A stretch of 41,202 bases of DNA from Hydrurus foetidus (taxonomy: Eukaryota). The stretch spans positions 1-41,202 of the forward strand of contig UYFQ01000099.1 in NCBI GenBank assembly GCA_900617105.1. Direction: 5' to 3'. Both the position numbers and the translations under genes were made by a program. This document shows positions 1 through 10,660 of this stretch, piece by piece. The notes under the pieces are model-generated. The model was not told the DNA's origin and searched no databases. It saw nothing but the letters and a program-made list of their open reading frames with translations. Numbering within the stretch: the stretch's first letter is position 1; each line of letters begins with the position of its first letter.

Positions 1-1
1 T

Positions 2-2464
2 CGATTCTGCATAGATTACAGGAACCTCAATGAGGCAACCGAATCTGCAAGTTGGCCGATCCCAAATATAAAACAAATGTTATACAGACTTGGCGCGCAA
101 CGGCCAAACGTATTCGGCGTAATCGACCTTACGGCCGGATACCACCAAGCCCCAATAACACTGGCGGCACAAGTATTTACCGCATTTATAACATTTATGG
201 GTATATACCAATTCACACGACTACCATTCGGTCCCAAGATGGCCCCATCATACTTTCAACAGATGATGGCGTCAATTGTACTACTTGGCCTGATATACAG
301 CATCTGTGAAGTCTATTTAGACGACATCATCATATATGCTGATGGACACATCCAATTCTGTGAACGTTTAGAAACATTGTTTCAACGTCTAGAAGATAAA
401 AACATTTCACTCAAGGCTGCAAAGCTAAGACTTAACGTCAAAGTAGTTGAATATGTTGGTAGACAAATATCTAAGGAAGGTATATCAATGAGCTCCAAAA
501 AGATAACGGGTGTGACTGACTTTCCGATGCCAAGAAAGACAACTGAACTACGTTCGTTCCTCGGTCTCACCAATTACTTTAGGGATCATGTACCAAATCA
601 CTCAAATGTGGTAGCACCGCTACACAAAATGATAGATCACGCCGCCAAAAGCAAACATTGCTTGTCTGGACAGACGAAGCGGCCGACGCGTTTACGTTAG
701 TCAAAGATCTTATCTCCAAGAGTCCCTTATTATATTTCATCGACGATGTAGCACCTATTACCCTCATGACAGATGCGTCTGACTACGGTATAGGTGGTTA
801 TTTATATCAAGAAGTCGACGGAGTCAAACAACTCGTCGCTCTCGTAAGCAAATCTCTTACCAAGACCCAGTTGAAATGGTCCGTAATACAAAAAGAGGCT
901 TACGCCCTTTACTTTTGCTGTGACTATCTCGACGCCCTGCTACGAGATCGTAAGTTTACTATCCTGACCGATCACAAAAATCTTACTTTCCTGCACAAGG
1001 ATAAAAATGAGATGGTCGGAAGATGGCGCTGTGCGCTACAGGAATTAGATTTTACGATAGGGTATATCCCTGGGAAAAATAATGAAGTCGCTGACGCAAT
1101 GTCACGCCTATGTAAAAACAAGATGCCGAAACACATCATAACAGCAATCCTAACTTGCAAACCGCTTGCAGCGGAAATATATGCATACTTAATGCGTGTC
1201 CACAACTCTACCGTTGGGCACGGAGGATTCAATCGCACTTTGCGAAACCTAAAAAAAATAGGGAAAGTATGGGAAGGCATGAGACACGATATAAGAGCAT
1301 ACATTAAACAATGCCCGTGTTGCCAAAAGATGTCTGCTGACAAACAAAAACCCGTCACCCATCGTTTCACAACATCAACATATGCACCTATGGAATGCAT
1401 AAACATAGACTTTATTGGTCCATTCCCGGATAAAGGATACATCCTTGTTATGGTAGACACCTTCACAAGGTTTGTCGAACTATCAGCCACAACTGATAAT
1501 ACTGCAAAATCGGCCGTAACAGGCCTAATAGAACACATCGGTCGCTACGGAGCTCCCAAATTCCTGCGATCCGATAACGGTTCCCATTTCGTAAACAAAA
1601 TCCTCGAGGAATTTGTAAAAGTTGCCGGTACAACACACAACCTTATTCTACCATACTCTTCGCAAGAAAACTCGATAGTAGAGCGTATGAATAAGGAAAT
1701 TAACCGACACATCACGGCATTTACATTTGACCGTGCAACTACGGAAAACTACCGAGAAATTTTACCATTCGTACAACGAATTATAAATACGACATTCAAC
1801 GTACGGACACAGTCAACAGCAGCAAAGCTTATATACGGCAATGCTATTGACCTTGATGCCAACATCCTTCTCCCTCGAGATGAGATAAACTTAGACATGG
1901 CTCATGTCACCCATTCTACTGAGAAAATAATGCAGATGCAAGATGAACTCATCAGAATCACTGCTGAACTACTCAAAGAAGCGGACGAGAAACGAAAAGC
2001 AGGCGGTTCCACCGACTACACAACGTTCGAAATCGACTCGTTGGTACTGGTTACCCACCGCACATCAAAACCAACACGCATGCACACTTTATGGAAAGGT
2101 CCCATGCAAGTGGTCGCAAACGATCTCGACGAGTATACACTACTCGATCTTATTACCAACCGCGAAAAAGATACCATGTATCAAATATCAAACAATTTGA
2201 GTTTGACCTCACAAAGGTCAACCCAACCGATATCGCCTGACGAGATTATCTCGAGTTCTTTATCGAAGATATCCTAGCAATGGAAGGGAACATCCGAGTG
2301 GTGGGAACATTAAATTTCACGTCAAGTGGCTAAACTATCCCCACGACAGAAACACTTGGGAACCGTGGAAAAACATGCGTGACGCTGAAAAAGTCCACGA
2401 GTTCTTAATTGCTAAAAACCTTAAACACTTGATTCCAAGTAAATTTGCTGCAAATTATCGTTAA
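2..2464 (+). pseudogene. pol: Gypsy pol (RT, RNase H, integrase, chromodomain) with three -1 frameshifts and one in-frame stop
   Basis: RT: RFCIDYRNLN from nt 2, DLTAGYHQ, LPFG, YLDD. RNase H: TDASDYGIGG. Integrase: HNSTVGHGG..CPCC, IDFIG/SDNG/VERMN, KGP motif. Chromodomain ~2255-2464: FFIEDIL..VKWLNYPHDRNTWEPWKNM. Single-base losses at ~647-650, ~2165-2169 and ~2312-2317; TGA at 2238-2240; natural stop TAA at 2462-2464. Confidence 0.9.
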
Positions 2465-2668
2465 CCGATACACAGTACAAAACACAAAGGTTTACAAAAA
2501 AAAAAAAAACACTAAATCATAAAGATTACTCCCAATTTTCATCCTAACAGATTTTAGGGAGGTTTACTCAGTACGAACTTTATGTTTTAAGTCTGAGATA
2601 GTAGTTTTATGTTAGTATTTAGACATAGATAAGTTTGTTAATGAAAAATTTAGTACACCTTTTCTTCC

Positions 2669-2679
2669 AAAGAGAGGGG
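2669..2679 (+). other. Polypurine tract of the Gypsy element
   Basis: AAAGAGAGGGG, followed 4 nt later by TGTGAC (LTR start). Confidence 0.75.
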
Positions 2680-2683
2680 CCAT

Positions 2684-3546
2684 TGTGACCCGCACAGCTG
2701 TACAGCTGTACGGGTACAGGCGTACGTTCGGTTCGGATCGGGGACGATCCGAGCCATCCGATTCATGACTTGCCTATCGCTGTGTTTATCTGTAAGCTAA
2801 CCACATCTCTTTAGCAATAGCACCAGCACACCAGCTGCCTTCCCCTTGCCCACGCGCCCCGTTCCATCAGACCCACCGCTGAGCCCAGAGTTAGGCCATA
2901 ACCCGGCCGATTCACACCATCGAATCGACCACCCCTGTTGCCCCTGTCATGACTGCTACACCTACTGCTGCCCTGTCATACCTACTACCATTTCCCGTCC
3001 GATCTGCTACCCCCCGTCATTTCTGCTGCCCTTCCAACATTACTGCTGCCCATCCTTCTTTACCTACTACCCGACTGCTGTGCGCACTATCAGGAGATGT
3101 ACGTACGGACAACACGGACAAGACGTGTCCACACCCCACTGCGAGAGGATCCTGACCCAAGGACCCCGGACCCGGAATCTGAGAGAACCCCACACTGGAG
3201 CGAGAATTTGGAGCTAGGACACCATGGAGCGAGATATCGGAGCGAGGAGTACCATGGAGCGAGAGCCATGGAGCAAACATAGGGAGCGAGGACTCTGGAC
3301 TGGACCCTGGATCGAAATTCAGATTCGATCACTTTAATCAATCAGAAAGCTGAGAGGATTTTTATAGCATACTATTGTTTGACTATAAAATCACTTCGCA
3401 TTGTTTAACTCTACTGCTCGTACGGTTTCAGCCAGAACGTACGATACTAATATTACCCTGTGTGTACTAACGTATCTACCTTCACCCTAAAGGTCAACCT
3501 CACCATTACCTTAACTCCCTACCCTAAAACATCATGCTGTGATACA
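2684..3546 (+). repeat. Probable 3' LTR of the Gypsy element (~860 bp)
   Basis: Starts TGT after the PPT and ends ACA. TATA-like CTATAAAA at ~3383; internal GGAGCGAG repeats at ~3197-3290. The 5' LTR is outside the window, so the end is unconfirmed. Confidence 0.6.
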
Positions 3547-4497
3547 TGACTCCTAGTCAAAGGAGCAATTTTGAATTTTATCTTTGCGTTTTAATCATCC
3601 ACATAGCCCCTACCCGACGACTCACGCCATAGGGGTGTGTCGGAATAACTGTGTGTTAAGTAACCGTATAAGTCATTACGTATGTACGCTTGATGACGTT
3701 TCACCGTCGTGTGCTGTGTGGGGGTCGCTACTCCACACGGTCCAAGTTCTTTTTAACCCAGGAACATCGAAAGCAATGAAAGTACACCATGTTTGACTGT
3801 GTGGGACAGCGCGATCTTGTCGGCTGTCTCCATGAACAATGTAAGACACGTTGCATTGTTAATTACCTTCAACCTCACAAACAGCAGAACTTTCTCTTCG
3901 AGCCGAGTCAGTTGCTAGCTACTGTGCAGAAGTTGCAGAAGGAGAGCGTCCGCAGGAAGATCTAGTGTGACATTCAGTGAGTCTGAACGCCAACCGTACG
4001 ACACACTGGAGGAGGAACAGAGCGCAAAAAGCAGAAATAAAAAGCGTACACAGTACGTTCACAGTACACAGTACCGTCGTCGACTCTATGTTTTCAAAAA
4101 AAATTGGAAATAGCCTCATGTTGGTCCACGTTCTGCACCACTCAAAGCATATCACAAACTGAAAGTTATCCAACTCTCATTCAGTCAGCAATCGATCAAA
4201 TTGCAAACTTCTTCTTGCATTCGACGGAGGAGATCAAGATTCGAGGCCACCAGAAAAAGAAAATTGAAATTCGTGCGACCGAAAAATATATACTCAGTCT
4301 GCCAAGGTGATCATTGATTTCGAGCTGTCCATCATATGTAAGATTTCATCATTGTTCGGAGCTCGGCAGCTACCTTTTGACATGATGCATGCATTTTCAT
4401 AAGTATTAAGAAAGATAATCCGTTGAGAGAGTCCATTTCCTTGTTTTCCATCGGTTGCAAAATACTCCTCAAACAGTGCCCTATACCTTTCTGGTAG

Positions 4498-7134
4498 ATG
4501 GCATCCTTATCACAGGAGTTCTGTGCTTTCACAGTGGCTATCGTTCTCGAATGTCGTCCTCACAAGAGCACTGACCAAAAGCACAGTGTGGAATCAATCA
4601 CCGAGGATTTGGTGCAATTTGAGTACTGTCACGATCACAACTTTCATGTGAATATGGCTGCTCTGCATCAGGGCCTTGCAATATTCAAGAAGCCTGTTGA
4701 GCGGCTTGGGCATAGAATAATTCGAATGAGTGCTCACAAAGATCAGTTTAGAACAGAGGCATTCATGGATTTAGGTCCTCGAACACGTGGTTCAGAATTA
4801 GCTTACACTGTAGTCGACAACAATCTGACAAGAACAAGAGATGACTTTGTCACCGACATTGCAAAAACAGCGAACTTTCTACTGAGTAGAACTTTCCAAG
4901 AAACGTCGAAATATGTGTCAATAAGTGAGATTCTAGGAGTCTTATGGTTACTCAGTTTATCAGATAGCTCAAACTCAAACAAACGTAGGAAGGCAGGTGA
5001 TGATTTAGGTGAGAAACAGCTATTTAAGTATGGTAATCAAGTAAGAGAGTTAATTTTGACGCACATTTGTACAGAAAATGAATCACCATTCGTATACATT
5101 AATGCAGCAGTACGGCTATCAATATCGAAAAGTGAGTCTAACTTAGATGCAGTGCGTAGAAACATTTTTGATGAAGAGTCGGATGATGAGGACGATGTTG
5201 TTCAGATCCTCAGCCATCCCTCCGTGATAGATCATCTCAGCGATTTCCCTAAGCGAAACATAAAGTTTCATAGTTATGAGATAGATAAAATCATCACACT
5301 ATTTGATGTTATTGCAACAGTGAGGGCAGAGATAGAAGGCGTCGAGTATGAAAAAAATGACAGTTTGACAGCTTCTATTACAAAAAGAGCGTTGAAAAAT
5401 TACACACATTATTCAGAATTAGTCATACCATCAATCGTTAGGTGGAGTAGTAGAGACGTTGTGAGGAAAGAAGTTGGAAGGAAAATAAATATTGAATTTG
5501 AGGCGGATGTTTGGGGTAAATTGATGATATGCGAATTTGAAAAAATAAATGTAAGTTGCATCAAATTTTAGTAAATTTACATCAAATGAGTGGAAACATG
5601 TGGTCACTTGCATCGTTTCATATGTAATAAATTAATCATGATTTACTATGTTCACTTATATCATATGTTACAAAGCGTGGGTATAGACTCCCGTACCTAA
5701 ATCTGCCTGCAACTTATAAGATATTATGTATACCACACATCTTAGGTTGATGGAGAAATTATAGACGTACCACGCATTCTGGTCAGTGTTGTATACACAT
5801 ACGCAATAATAATACAGGCAGCAAAAGTAACACAAGCAAGTGAAAGGTGGTGTGCTGATGATAAAATTAATACCCTTATGTTCAGTTCGAAATGGGTTAG
5901 AACATTTTTGAACCGAGCAAATATGAGAAGAAGAAAAATTACAACTGACGATAAAGTTGTTCCTTCAGACGAAGAAATAACGAGAATCATGAATATTGGA
6001 CAACAAATGTACAAAGATTACGGACATACAAAAGACACCACAATTAATATGGATGAGACAGCATTCACCTATGCTATAGGTCCAGAGCATATGTACTGCC
6101 CACCTGATCAAAGTCGCGCGCAGAATATTGGAGTGCCAAATACCAAGCTTCGCATAACAGCCGTTGTTGCGGTAAGTGGAAATGGCGACTTTGTTCCCCT
6201 ATTTATTATTATAAAGCATTCAGTTAGTTCAGCAGATAGACCGGATCAGTCAGGTATGCGTGTTATAAAAGATCTTCACAAGAAAGATGATGGTTATGGT
6301 ATTAGTGATGGTTGGGAACTCATTTTATGGTGTAGATCACTGACTATGAGAGGTGTGACAGATATGCATAAGTGTTACTACATCATCAACAAATATACCG
6401 GGCATGTGATAACGAGTCAATATAAAGCGTGGAACGATACAGTTAGAATGATCATGTGGTTAGATACTATAGTAAAGCCATTAAAAGAGAAGTTAGGAAA
6501 ATTAATGATATGGTTTGATAATTGTGGATGTCACAAAACTACTCTGGTTGATGACGTTATAGCAGAATTAGGTATACAAATAGCTTGTTTACCACCTAAC
6601 ATGACAGGCGTATTGCAAGTTTTAGATTTAGTAGTGAATGGACCACTAAAAGCGCATACTAGAAACTTAAGGGGGTCAAGAATAGTAGAGTGCTTCCAGT
6701 CATATGCTAAATTGTATACTGAGGAATTGAAGAAAGATATTCAGGATCGTGTCTTACCGGTATTCGAACCTCCGAAACCGGATATGATGCAAAGTGTGAC
6801 AGATCTCTTAGATCTCATGGCTGGTGGATTCAAGTTACCTAAATTTGTAGAAGGAGTCAAACGTTCTTTTGTTAGCACTGGTTGTGTTCCATTTGATGAG
6901 AGTGATGTGTTGAATCCATTATTTATTCAGTATAGTAGGCACAAAATATGTGGTACAATGAAGATCACTCCGACAGGGACATCATTCCCAATAGACACCT
7001 CTAACACCGATATTAATGTTGACGATACAAACCAATTTATACTGCCAATTAATTTTATGTTGGAGTATGATAACGCCATGTTGGAATATGATCACGAAAT
7101 GACAGATGCTATGAACTTTATTTCGAATTTGTAA
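4498..7134 (+). CDS. pogo-like transposase, DD35D, ~813 aa; join(4498..5550,5746..7134)
   Basis: Phase-0 intron GTAAGT(5551)...CTTAG(5745) joins the 357-aa and 418-aa ORFs in frame. FSSKWVRTFLNR resembles the end of a CENP-B/Tc5 HTH. Catalytic motifs NMDET, WFDNCGCH and LPPNMTGVLQVLD, with 35 residues between the 2nd and 3rd Asp. Confidence 0.82.
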
Positions 7135-7287
7135 TATATACTGCACTTCACTTTTAAATAAATAGAACATATATAGGTTGTACAATAAATTGTTTAATTA
7201 ATTATAATTAAAACAAAAATTAAAATTTTGCTATCATCATATCTGCGACAGTAATAAAAATCTTGATTTTAATAATCTTAAAACATT

Positions 7288-7627
7288 TTATAACTCACTT
7301 ATCGTGACAAGATTTGCTAATTTGTTAGAGAGCACAGTAATATCACGACACGTAATCACAACATTGAGAATGTATCCTTTTTTAGTGTGGTTTGTATCAC
7401 CATCACTAAGAAAACAGTCAAAACAGACAGAGTCTAACATGCTTGTGCACATCAAGTCATCTAGTATGGGTGCTAACTTGGCAGCCCATTCCCTTTTGAT
7501 GTGCCCAATGTGCTCACCAGGATCAAAAGCTCCCTTATTACACCCGCCAATGCTGTCCGGTGCGCGCACTTGAACGCAGTTCGCATCTACACAAGCATTG
7601 TATACATTTACATTCTTATCAGTTAGT
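7288..7627 (-). CDS. Possible terminal exon of an unknown Cys-rich gene inside the pogo element
   Basis: ~113 open codons (LTDKNVNVYNACVDANCVQVRAPDS...VCFDCFL...SEL*) preceded by a TTTTACAG acceptor and convergent on the transposase. No upstream exon or family was identified. Confidence 0.3.
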
Positions 7628-8638
7628 CTGTAAAATGAGAATTAATATGACAGAGTAGCTCACAGTTGAGTAATCATAAACGAAATTAAAATTGCAAATT
7701 GTACGTTTTTAAACACAAGGGTAGTGTGCATGAAGAAAGAATGAAGGGTAATATGCTGGAGTGACTACGTTCATTGATAAACAGGTCATATATGCGCAGC
7801 ATTATGACGAAGCATTACGCTTCCCTCGTAGAGTAGACAGACTGAAAAAAAAAATGCAAGGGCTTCGCCTCGTGCCGCAAATGGTACAGTTATGCGACAT
7901 CAATCAGGAATTCAAAATTAGGTAGGTCATGTCTGAGGTCAGTAACACGGCAGGTGAAAATATAGTTGTCAAAAGTTTGACAGAAGGAGCAATAATTTAC
8001 CGTGCAGATTGTGGGAATTTCTCATCAATCTGCACACCGATCCTTTCTTGACTTTGATCCCTCTATCCAGGGCAAAAAGTCCTGTTGCCTCGCACTTGAA
8101 GCTGTGAATTTGGATCATGCCTGTAATTGAAGACGATCTCGCAAATTAGCGATTTGTAATCAAGGACAGCTCCAATTTGGACTCTCTCGACGGATTCGAG
8201 TGCTAAAATGAAATTCTGAATATAAATGAGAGCGAAAAGGACAATTGATTTTGCAGGAGCCACGATATTCATCAACTCACCAGATCGCTGTTGAAAAATA
8301 TGATCTATGGCGATCCAATCTTCAAATTAAAGCTTCCTCAGATCTCAATGACGAAATCAGCAAGTAACAACCACACCAATCAGGTCAGTTTGCACCACTC
8401 AGAAGCTGATGAGGTGGAGAACTGGTGATGTTGTTGTGTTGTGAATGCGAAGTTGTGATTTGGGGAGTATGTTCAGCGGCGGACATAAAGAAGGCCTCAT
8501 TCCCGGATGTACACTCAACCGAAATAAAACATAGGGTCGACGACGGAGACAGTAGACAGTAGAATCGAAAAAATTCATGAAGCTTGTAACCAGTAATAAT
8601 TCTCGAAACCCAACCTGGTTATTACTTATTACTTATTA

Positions 8639-9079
8639 CAGTCTCCTTCCCTGTTATTTTCTATTTTATTGGTAATCCAAATCTTGATCCTCACTGAAAA
8701 TCACGGATCTACTGGGGAAAAAAAATCCGGATTCAAATCTATCTCCATCAATATTGCGATTCAGGACCGGAGAGTATGATTTTCGGAATCAGCATGATTT
8801 TTTAGGGGTGAAGCATAGTAGAGATTCATTCAGATGTAGAATTTCGACGAACTATTGCTGTTCAAAGTGGCGAAGATTGGATTTTCAGCCGCGCATAACT
8901 ATTCTTCCAAAATTCGATAGCAAAATCTAAGTGGAGCAAAATGTGCGGTATGGAATTTTGAACAGCTCTCGTGAATATGCGCTGGATTTGAATCAATATG
9001 AATGCCTCTTTTGGTCGAAAAACATGCAAAAAGTGCTAAAAATCAGTGTTACGAAAATAAATAATAGGGAAGGAGACGG
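8639..9079. mobile_element. Tc1/mariner-type MITE, 441 bp
   Basis: TIRs CAGTCTCCTTCCCTGTTATTT and (reverse complement) CCGTCTCCTTCCCTATTATTT, 19/21 identical. TA on both sides (8637-8638, 9080-9081). No credible coding content. Confidence 0.8.
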
Positions 9080-9625
9080 TACTTATTACCGAAGCTGGAA
9101 ACCGTGTAATATCCCCACTGCTGTGCCGTGTGCCGTGTCCCGCCATCCACCATGCGAAGTCTACGAACTATGAAGTTACCGTAAACGTAATATGTCGTGA
9201 GAATGGATTTCGTGAGAATTATTTGAAATACGAATTAATTACTGAAAATTAGTGGTGAGAGAGAACTACAGGAATTGATTAACTGAGAAAAAAAGTACTA
9301 AGAATAATATTGGGCGTTGAACCACCTAAACTCAAACTCAGAGTTACATAAAGATATTGTTGGTTGTCTCAGCAATTGGAATCAGGTAGAAGGAGCCTCT
9401 ATCAGTGCCGCCGTGCGATTGGCAGTAAATTTTGGACGCTTGTCATTCTAGTCATGACGTCGCGTACTCATGACCTGGCTACATTTTTATCCTTCTTGGC
9501 TATCAGATATCAAGAGGCTGTTTAGATTATGAGAGAGATTGTGAGTATGTTTCGAAGAACAGATTAATTATGCCCCCATTAAGCGTTTAAAAGACCTCCA
9601 ATATTTTGATTAAGTTGTTCTTGAT

Positions 9626-9831
9626 TAGAGTGTTTGCGATTTCGGATTTTATTCAAAAACGACTTTCAAAGTCGTTTTCTTCCCAAAAAAATGAAAAGGC
9701 ATCACCTAAAATGAGTTCGGCCCTCTTGACCGACGAAGTCGTTTTTAGATTTTTTTTCTGTAAAAAACGACTTTGAAGAAGACGACTTTGAAAGTCGTTT
9801 TTGAAAAAAATCCGAAATCGCAAACACTCTA
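9626..9831. mobile_element. Nested MITE (~206 bp) with ~57-bp TIRs
   Basis: TAGAGTGTTTGCGATTTCGGATTTT(A/T)TTCAAAAACGACTTTCAAAGTCGT(T/C)TTCTTC occurs inverted at both ends with 2 mismatches. No 8-bp TSD; the terminal TA may itself be the TSD. Confidence 0.8.
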
Positions 9832-9886
9832 TTTTATAATTTCGAAAAATATACTTTTGATCATTCAAGCGAATCTGCATTAAAAT

Positions 9887-10142
9887 TATCATCATCATTA
9901 GCACCATAATCACCATCATCATTAGTATCATCATTGTAGTCTGGAGAAACGCCGACCTAGAGAGCCCAATGCAGTGTCACATCATCAGCACTAGCACCAT
10001 CAGCATCATCATCATTAGCATCATCGTCATCATCATCATCATCACTATTAGCAGCATCATCAGCATTAGCATCACCATAGGCATCATCATTAGCATCATC
10101 ATCATCATCACCATTGGCATCATCAACACCACTGGCATCACC
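9887..10142. repeat. Degenerate (ATC)n trinucleotide tract; reads as an Asp-rich frame on the minus strand
   Basis: ATC/AGC/ATT/ACC triplets, interrupted by ~45 unique nt at ~9936-9980. Confidence 0.8.
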
Positions 10143-10660
10143 GTTAACGTCTTCATGGATATCTTCTTCAAATTTGATTCGTGTAATTCGCTTGACAACT
10201 TAATTATGCGCTGATTCTAATCAACGAAGAATTCTCATGATTTCATGTATATCTTATTTATTTTATCATTTTTTATAAGTGCATCAGCAAAAAAAATCCA
10301 GTTGGAAGCAGTTACAGCTGTAAGGTCACGTGACAGCGAAACAGTCATTTTGCATCTCTGCATCTTCATAAAATGTAATTAAAATTAAAAATATAGGGTG
10401 GTGAGAATCTTCCTGAGAATTAATTTTAAAATTAACCGGACCCGGCTGAGAATGATCCCAATAATTATTTGATAAATTCTCACGACATATTACGTTTACG
10501 GTAGTTGACATCGATAATGAATAATAACTAATAACATCCCAGTTCAACTTTACCAAACTTCGTGCTTTGTGAGTCATGATATGTCCGATTCTGGAAAGAT
10601 TTCTGTTGTCATCTTGACTGTTATCAAGATGTTATTCGACTGATTTTTTTCCTACAGATA

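Larger units (their letters stand above)
1..3546 (+). mobile_element. Ty3/Gypsy LTR retrotransposon (chromodomain-bearing), 3' half; truncated by the window start
   Basis: Domain order RT-RNaseH-integrase-chromodomain, followed by a polypurine tract and a TG-starting LTR. The right boundary is inferred from ...GTGATACA at 3546. Confidence 0.9.
4074..8546 (+). mobile_element. pogo-like (Tc1/mariner superfamily) DNA transposon, 4473 bp
   Basis: 21-bp TIRs with one mismatch: CCGTCGTCGACTCTATGTTTT (4074-4094) and AAAACATAGGGTCGACGACGG (8526-8546). TA precedes the left end; the right flank reads AG, so the TSD is imperfect. Encloses a DDE_1-type transposase. Confidence 0.8.
9179..10501. mobile_element. 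Non-autonomous Tc1/mariner-type element, 1323 bp
   Basis: Perfect 26-bp TIRs CCGTAAACGTAATATGTCGTGAGAAT (9179-9204 and 10476-10501), with TA TSD at 9177-9178 and 10502-10503. Confidence 0.88.

Noticed and set aside
640..700. Programmed -1 ribosomal frameshift between RT and RNase H
   Set aside because: There is no X XXY YYZ slippery heptamer, the position is inside pol rather than at gag/pol, and similar single-base losses recur elsewhere.
2846..3341. Several short ORFs in the Gypsy LTR
   Set aside because: They overlap on both strands in GC-richer LTR sequence and show no recognisable motifs.
3606..3643. HDV-like ribozyme or pseudoknot (GCCCCTA/TAGGGGT plus CCGAC/GTCGG)
   Set aside because: A P1-like stem with a G-U first pair exists, but P3, P1.1 and the P4/J4-2 elements cannot be formed.
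9653..10214. Met-rich and Ile-rich ORFs
   Set aside because: They are alternative-frame readings of the (ATC)n tract.
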